Below are positions 59,414 to 64,000 of a DNA stretch of 64,000 nucleotides, one piece after another. The first letter of the stretch is position 1. Every line of letters begins with the position of its first letter. The stretch comes from an uncultured bacterium. Its GTDB lineage: Bacteria > Oederibacteriota > JAAXVQ01 > JAUVAV01. Location: NCBI GenBank assembly GCA_963710755.1, contig CAVQBK010000013.1:369872-433871 (forward strand), written 5' to 3'. Below the pieces are notes generated by a model that was given only the letters and a program-made list of their open reading frames with translations, had not been told where the DNA came from and did not search any database. The translations under genes and the position numbers were made by a program.

Positions 59414-62400
59414 TTAGGCAGCTGTATTGAGAGAACGCAGCAAACGTTGTTGGCGTTTGTGCATCTTTTCCTCGTCATTGGCAAGCAAATGATGGAGGCG
59501 TCGGCTCAAGCTTGGATTTGCCCATAACCATCGAGGCATGGAGATAAATCCCACCCCTTTAATATAACGATTTTGACGCAGGGCTTTAAGATCACCCAAC
59601 ATCAGCATCAGTAGCTGAACCCCTTGCTGCCGGCTTCGGACGTCCTTAGCCGCCTCCAAAACATCCAGCCAGTCGCTGACAAAGCTGTCAAGCTGCCCCC
59701 ATTCTTCCCATTGTTTCAGATCATTTTTCTGAAGCCAAAAGCTTTGGGCCAGCGTGCGTACTAGCGGCGTGAGCGGCTGACTTCCAAAAAAGAGGTGCAA
59801 CTTTGACTGCCAAGTCCCTGCGCCGTAAATCAGAAGCAATTGCCGGCGCCAGTGGATGAAGCTGCCGCCAAGACGGCTGGTTTGCCAATTCAAGCGTAAC
59901 CGGGTCACCCAGCTTAAGTTGGAGCGGTCGGCGGCAAGTGTGATGTTCAAGTGTTGATAGTCTAAAATAGCTTTAATGACGCCTTTTTTATCAGCTGCCT
60001 TGTCAAGTGATGGATCAAGGCTGACTTTATCAATAGGTGCTTTCCGGCCAGGTTTAAAAGCTTGATCCCAAATCATTAACCCTACTGCGACAATGCCTGT
60101 ACCTATAAGTACCGCGCCTAAAACAGGCGCTGTGACTGCTGTACCAAAAGCCAAGGTTATAATTCCTGCCACCGCCAGAAGCAATGAAGAAAGACCCAAC
60201 AACAATTGTGGTGACGCGATGAATCCGTCTTGTTTTTTTGTTTTCCCATTCAATTGGTTATTATTCATGCTGGGGACAATCCCATTTTGAATCATCTGAT
60301 CAATAAGTATTTCCTTGATTCGCCGGAAAGTTGCCTCTTGTTTGTTTTTCCAAAAAGCTTGCGGAAAGGTAACTGCTTCAAATGTTCTTGGTAAAGACCG
60401 CTCTTGCTCATGGCGAAACAGTACCGTTGTTTCCACATCCCAAAGAGGGGTCAATTCGGTGAGCTCTTGCGGCGTACCCATAATGATAACCCGTTTATCC
60501 TTGAATAGTTTAAAATATTCCTTGACCAAGGATTTGCCTGCCTGCAAATCGGCAATTTTATCGATTATTTCAGTTGGTACCTGCTGACTTAAATTATTTA
60601 ATTCCCCATACAAATCGTGCGGTGTGATTTGCCGGATATCCCTCGATTTAACATCCCCCTTATCGAGGTCCGATGTTTTTTCAATCTTAACCTTAATGGC
60701 CAAGGCAATTAGTTTAAAAACATCTTTAATATTGATGGCGTGAGCACTGTGTAGGGAAGCCTGATTTTTTATAAAGTCTCGCATTGACTGTTCGTCATCG
60801 GAATCAACTTCATTAAAGGCAATCTTCACTGACCAAGGAATGGTATCCAAAACATTTTGTTTCATTATGGTGTAGGCCGGCCTGGTACTGTATTCGCCAA
60901 TCATATCGGGCAAAACCGTAATTTCAACCGTGTACGGCCTGTCATCAATTATACTTGGTGCAATTTTCAAAGTATATTTATAATAATCAGCAAACTGTTC
61001 AGGATTAAGCGGGTCAGTTTGTATCTTCATGCTGATCAATTTGCCGTGCGTATCCCTTTGACCATCGATATGAAAGAACTTCTTTTCAACTTGACATTGA
61101 TCGCCAGAACAAAAAGTTTCTTCCAAAGCTTGAATGGTTTTTTGAAATTCCTCCCAATTTCCCGTTACCAGCCGGAGACCAATAACATCATCAGTAATAG
61201 CATTGATGGCTTTCTCAGTATAAATTTTTGGATCTCCAAGCGGAGGCGGATTTTCCGCCCACGGCTTATATCGAGTCCATTTGGTTCTATTCGCCATATT
61301 CATAAGAATGGAAAAGGCTTCTTTTATCCTGCCTTCTATGGTCACTGAGTTCAAATCGTGGTCGTGCAACATGGTACTTAAGCGATTTTGATTATCGACC
61401 AAATTTCTTTTCCTACTGGGATAATCAACTGCTGTTGTAATAGCACTTAAAACCACATGGGCGTCGATTTCAGGATGGTCTTCAAAAAATTGTTGTTGTA
61501 TGGCTTGGCTATTTTGAGTTCCATACAATTGATTTAAGATTTCCAAAATAGCCGTTGTTTCCTGCTCCAGCTTTGTTCCAGAAGCATGCCTCTCCTGTAA
61601 AGCGATAGTTTTGGCATACCAAAAGGCTGTGGCCAATTGTTCGGGTTCCATATTTTTAAGTGTTTCCATATTGTCCTGCAATAAAAATACCAATTTAGGA
61701 ATTCTCTGACGCCGCTGCGCAGGGTTCATGTTATAAACCTGTTCAATGGTGCTTAAAAACCAATCTTGAAATAATGCTTCATATCTATTCATAAGAATGG
61801 AGGCTCTGGGAATCCCCATGGCCATTTCCTTGTCCCATTGGGTTGTTACATCCTTTTCCGCCGCCTTTTGCATTCCCAATAGGTTTAGGGAGGCACGTTT
61901 CGCTTTTATCACTAAATGGCTGCTTTGGCGGCGAGCTTCTCGAAGTGCTTCCAAAGCAGCAGCCTTAAGGTCTGGTAATTGCTTGGTTTCAAAACCGCCA
62001 GCAATGCCAAAAGAAATCCGTGGTACAGGGATATAATTATTATTGAATCCAGGGATATCCCCGATTTGTCCTTGGACATCCGCGAGGGTTTGATTTTGTT
62101 CAAGAAATCTATTGCTTTTTAAATAACTTTCTATTTTCTTCATTTGTACATAATTTTTAATATCAACCATCACTTGAGCCAAAGGTTTGCCATTAACGCT
62201 CTCACCAATACCAATAACAGCATTTTCCTCGAATATGGTTATCCCGCCAAGGAGTTTCTCCCATTCTTTCCGTTCTTGCGCGCTCAGTTTTTGGGGGATG
62301 GCAAAGGTCATCAACCGGTAACGGTGGTGGATATCAGCATGCAACTGAAATTGGATATCTTGTAAGAGTTCTTGAACCTTCTTAACCGAATTAGAATTTA

Positions 62401-64000
62401 CGGCAAAGCCAATATACCCGTGCTCACTGTTTTCTGCATAAACGGTAACAGTTTTCTGCTGACTCTTGGTCTGCGTGGTCAACTCGTTAATTTTTTTCAA
62501 AACAATCTTATAGTAGTCTTGGGCGATTTCTTCCCCATATAGGTCCTTGATCAAGGGAAAGGAATCGATTTCTATGATGGTATAAATCACCTTCTCCGAT
62601 CTTTTCAACAACTTGCGCAATTTAGCTTCCGCATTTGCTCTAGCCTGCAAAGGAGGTGTTGCTGTTCCAGCAACATTTTTCATGGTTCCCAAGGCGGCAA
62701 AGCTTATAGTGCCAAAAAGAATATTGTTTAACCACGCTGTCATATCTGGTGTTTGGGCAGCCATTTGTTTAAGCGTTTCAGTTGCTGTGGCGGCTGCGGC
62801 CGGGCCTGGTAAAACCATAAGGCTGGCTAGCACACTAATAATTAATATACCCACAATGGCTGGACCAATAGGTTTAAATGGTGCCACCAGGTGACTTACA
62901 ACTCCTGGTAAATTCAGTAATAGCTGCCAAATCCGCTCAAACGGATTTTTCAGATGATGGCCTTGGGCCGTGAGCAGTGGACGGAGGCGGAGTACATTGA
63001 CCGCACTGTGAAGCATGACCGATAAAGCAAACCCAACGATCGCGCTGAAGGGCGTTAGTCCCAGGAGAAGTGCCGGTAAGATCATGACAGCACCTAATAA
63101 TGTACCCACAGCGCTTAATCCCAACTTTCCCCCAAAACTGCGGCCAGGATGAAGCATGGCAAAGACCACAGCATTGATGCTGATGAGCCCCGCCAAAGTG
63201 GGCACAGCTACTCCAAAAAAGAGACCCAACACTATCGGCGTAAAGATGACCGTTTCCCAAACAGGCGCGCGGAGAAATGGTTCCCCAAGCCAGGCTTTGA
63301 GCCGCCCCAAACGGCTGGAAGGCTTTTGGTCAAAACTGTTTAAAAAAGCGGTAAAGAAAATAACTGCTGGTTGAGGTTGTTGGGTCAAAAGGTTGTTTAT
63401 TAAATTCCCAACCATTCTACTGACTTCATGGGCATTTAAGATGCGGTTGCTTTTAATTTCTTTACGCTCATTAAAGGACATACTAGGAAGTTTTTCAAAA
63501 GGAATTTCCAAGTAAGTCGCAAATATTTTCATAAAGGTTTCACCCAGAGAACCATTCCATGTGGAAGGCTGTTGTAAGATATCCAGTGAGGCTTTGAGCA
63601 AGCGGGAATGAATAAGTTCCATAAATGTCCGGCGCTGGGCCAATTCTTTTTGGGCTGTCTTTTTCTTGGATCCCAAAATATTCTGGATCTCTATCGAGGT
63701 CGTCTCACCTGAAATCCGCTCTTTCAACAAGGTCAGCGCTTGCTGGAAATAAACTTCCTGAGCCCTGGCGCCCTCATGAACTTCTTTGGCCAAGGTCTCT
63801 AGCCGGCCAACCACGCTGGCGGCCTGTTCAAAACTTAAAGCAGACTCGATATTCTCCCCTGACAATTTGTAGCGTTCTCCAAAGACTCGCATAAAACGAT
63901 CGGCCAACCATTCGTGGAGCAAACCGGTCATGAAATGCCAATAGCGGTCGACCCCCCTATTTTCCAAAATATTATGTCCGTGTTCATGAGCCAAAAGATA
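59414..64000 (-). CDS. Giant multidomain membrane protein, 5'-truncated at the window edge (at least 1526 aa). It has an HExxH site (HEHGH) at the window edge, a multi-TM block (residues ~230-400), a cyclase/GGDEF-like fold region (~460-560), a RelA/SpoT-like nucleotidyltransferase-like region (~890-1000) and a C-terminal TM pair.
   Basis: The ORF is open to position 64000 with no upstream stop, so the 'M' at 63994 is internal. Motifs read: 'GRIKEAFSILMNM...DDVIGLRLVT...FHIDGQRDTHGKLISMKI' (RelA/SpoT-like: GR.K..SI..K..., DiiG.Ri); 'IEIDSFPLIKDLYGEEIAQDYY...ENSEHGYIGFAV' (degenerate GGDEF/cyclase-like). Confidence 0.7.
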   Translation of the reverse strand, partial: YLLAHEHGHNILENRGVDRYWHFMTGLLHEWLADRFMRVFGERYKLSGENIESALSFEQAASVVGRLETLAKEVHEGARAQEVYFQQALTLLKERISGETTSIEIQNILGSKKKTAQKELAQRRTFMELIHSRLLKASLDILQQPSTWNGSLGETFMKIFATYLEIPFEKLPSMSFNERKEIKSNRILNAHEVSRMVGNLINNLLTQQPQPAVIFFTAFLNSFDQKPSSRLGRLKAWLGEPFLRAPVWETVIFTPIVLGLFFGVAVPTLAGLISINAVVFAMLHPGRSFGGKLGLSAVGTLLGAVMILPALLLGLTPFSAIVGFALSVMLHSAVNVLRLRPLLTAQGHHLKNPFERIWQLLLNLPGVVSHLVAPFKPIGPAIVGILIISVLASLMVLPGPAAAATATETLKQMAAQTPDMTAWLNNILFGTISFAALGTMKNVAGTATPPLQARANAEAKLRKLLKRSEKVIYTIIEIDSFPLIKDLYGEEIAQDYYKIVLKKINELTTQTKSQQKTVTVYAENSEHGYIGFAVNSNSVKKVQELLQDIQFQLHADIHHRYRLMTFAIPQKLSAQERKEWEKLLGGITIFEENAVIGIGESVNGKPLAQVMVDIKNYVQMKKIESYLKSNRFLEQNQTLADVQGQIGDIPGFNNNYIPVPRISFGIAGGFETKQLPDLKAAALEALREARRQSSHLVIKAKRASLNLLGMQKAAEKDVTTQWDKEMAMGIPRASILMNRYEALFQDWFLSTIEQVYNMNPAQRRQRIPKLVFLLQDNMETLKNMEPEQLATAFWYAKTIALQERHASGTKLEQETTAILEILNQLYGTQNSQAIQQQFFEDHPEIDAHVVLSAITTAVDYPSRKRNLVDNQNRLSTMLHDHDLNSVTIEGRIKEAFSILMNMANRTKWTRYKPWAENPPPLGDPKIYTEKAINAITDDVIGLRLVTGNWEEFQKTIQALEETFCSGDQCQVEKKFFHIDGQRDTHGKLISMKIQTDPLNPEQFADYYKYTLKIAPSIIDDRPYTVEITVLPDMIGEYSTRPAYTIMKQNVLDTIPWSVKIAFNEVDSDDEQSMRDFIKNQASLHSAHAINIKDVFKLIALAIKVKIEKTSDLDKGDVKSRDIRQITPHDLYGELNNLSQQVPTEIIDKIADLQAGKSLVKEYFKLFKDKRVIIMGTPQELTELTPLWDVETTVLFRHEQERSLPRTFEAVTFPQAFWKNKQEATFRRIKEILIDQMIQNGIVPSMNNNQLNGKTKKQDGFIASPQLLLGLSSLLLAVAGIITLAFGTAVTAPVLGAVLIGTGIVAVGLMIWDQAFKPGRKAPIDKVSLDPSLDKAADKKGVIKAILDYQHLNITLAADRSNLSWVTRLRLNWQTSRLGGSFIHWRRQLLLIYGAGTWQSKLHLFFGSQPLTPLVRTLAQSFWLQKNDLKQWEEWGQLDSFVSDWLDVLEAAKDVRSRQQGVQLLMLMLGDLKALRQNRYIKGVGFISMPRWLWANPSLSRRLHHLLANDEEKMHKRQQRLLRSLNTAA

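Overview
This 64 kb window looks like chromosomal DNA from an anaerobic bacterium, at about 50-55% GC with AT-rich patches and dense coding mostly on the minus strand. No rRNA, tRNA, CRISPR array or obvious IS/transposase is present.

Core metabolic genes: class II fructose-bisphosphate aldolase; a trimeric HydB-HydA-HydC [FeFe]-hydrogenase operon of the electron-bifurcating type; a rubredoxin gene absent from the ORF track; glyA; rpiB; dCMP deaminase; nrdR; and a wecA/wecB/O-antigen-ligase envelope cluster.

The non-routine content falls into five groups.
1. A giant, frameshifted multidomain gene (1..13159, at least 4,480 codons). It combines a GHKL-type ATPase, about nine internal repeats of ~43 aa, an HExxH site, a transmembrane cluster, a complete GH77 4-alpha-glucanotransferase domain and a six-hairpin glycosidase-like domain.
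2. A second giant membrane protein (59414..>64000, at least 1,526 aa) with an HExxH site, a cyclase-like region and a RelA/SpoT-like nucleotidyltransferase-like region.
3. A cyclic-dinucleotide signalling theme: a PilZ protein; a paralogous-sensor pair fused to an adenylate cyclase and a QN-GYP (degenerate HD-GYP) domain; and a protein carrying a tandem MshEN c-di-GMP-binding motif plus long 63/126-nt coding tandem repeats.
4. A small envelope locus that pairs a Thr/Pro-repeat secreted protein bearing a FlgD-Ig-like C-terminal domain with a translationally coupled FadL/PorV-like outer-membrane protein fused to TPR and coiled-coil regions.
5. A family of three conserved-arm palindromes (TAGGGAAC...GTTCCCTA) at 3' intergenic sites, and a separate perfect 36-bp palindrome in a divergent promoter.

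The HydA H-cluster L1 motif reads TSCSPGW, with the proton-transfer cysteine replaced by serine. All calls rest on hand reading and translation of the sequence; no database searches were run.
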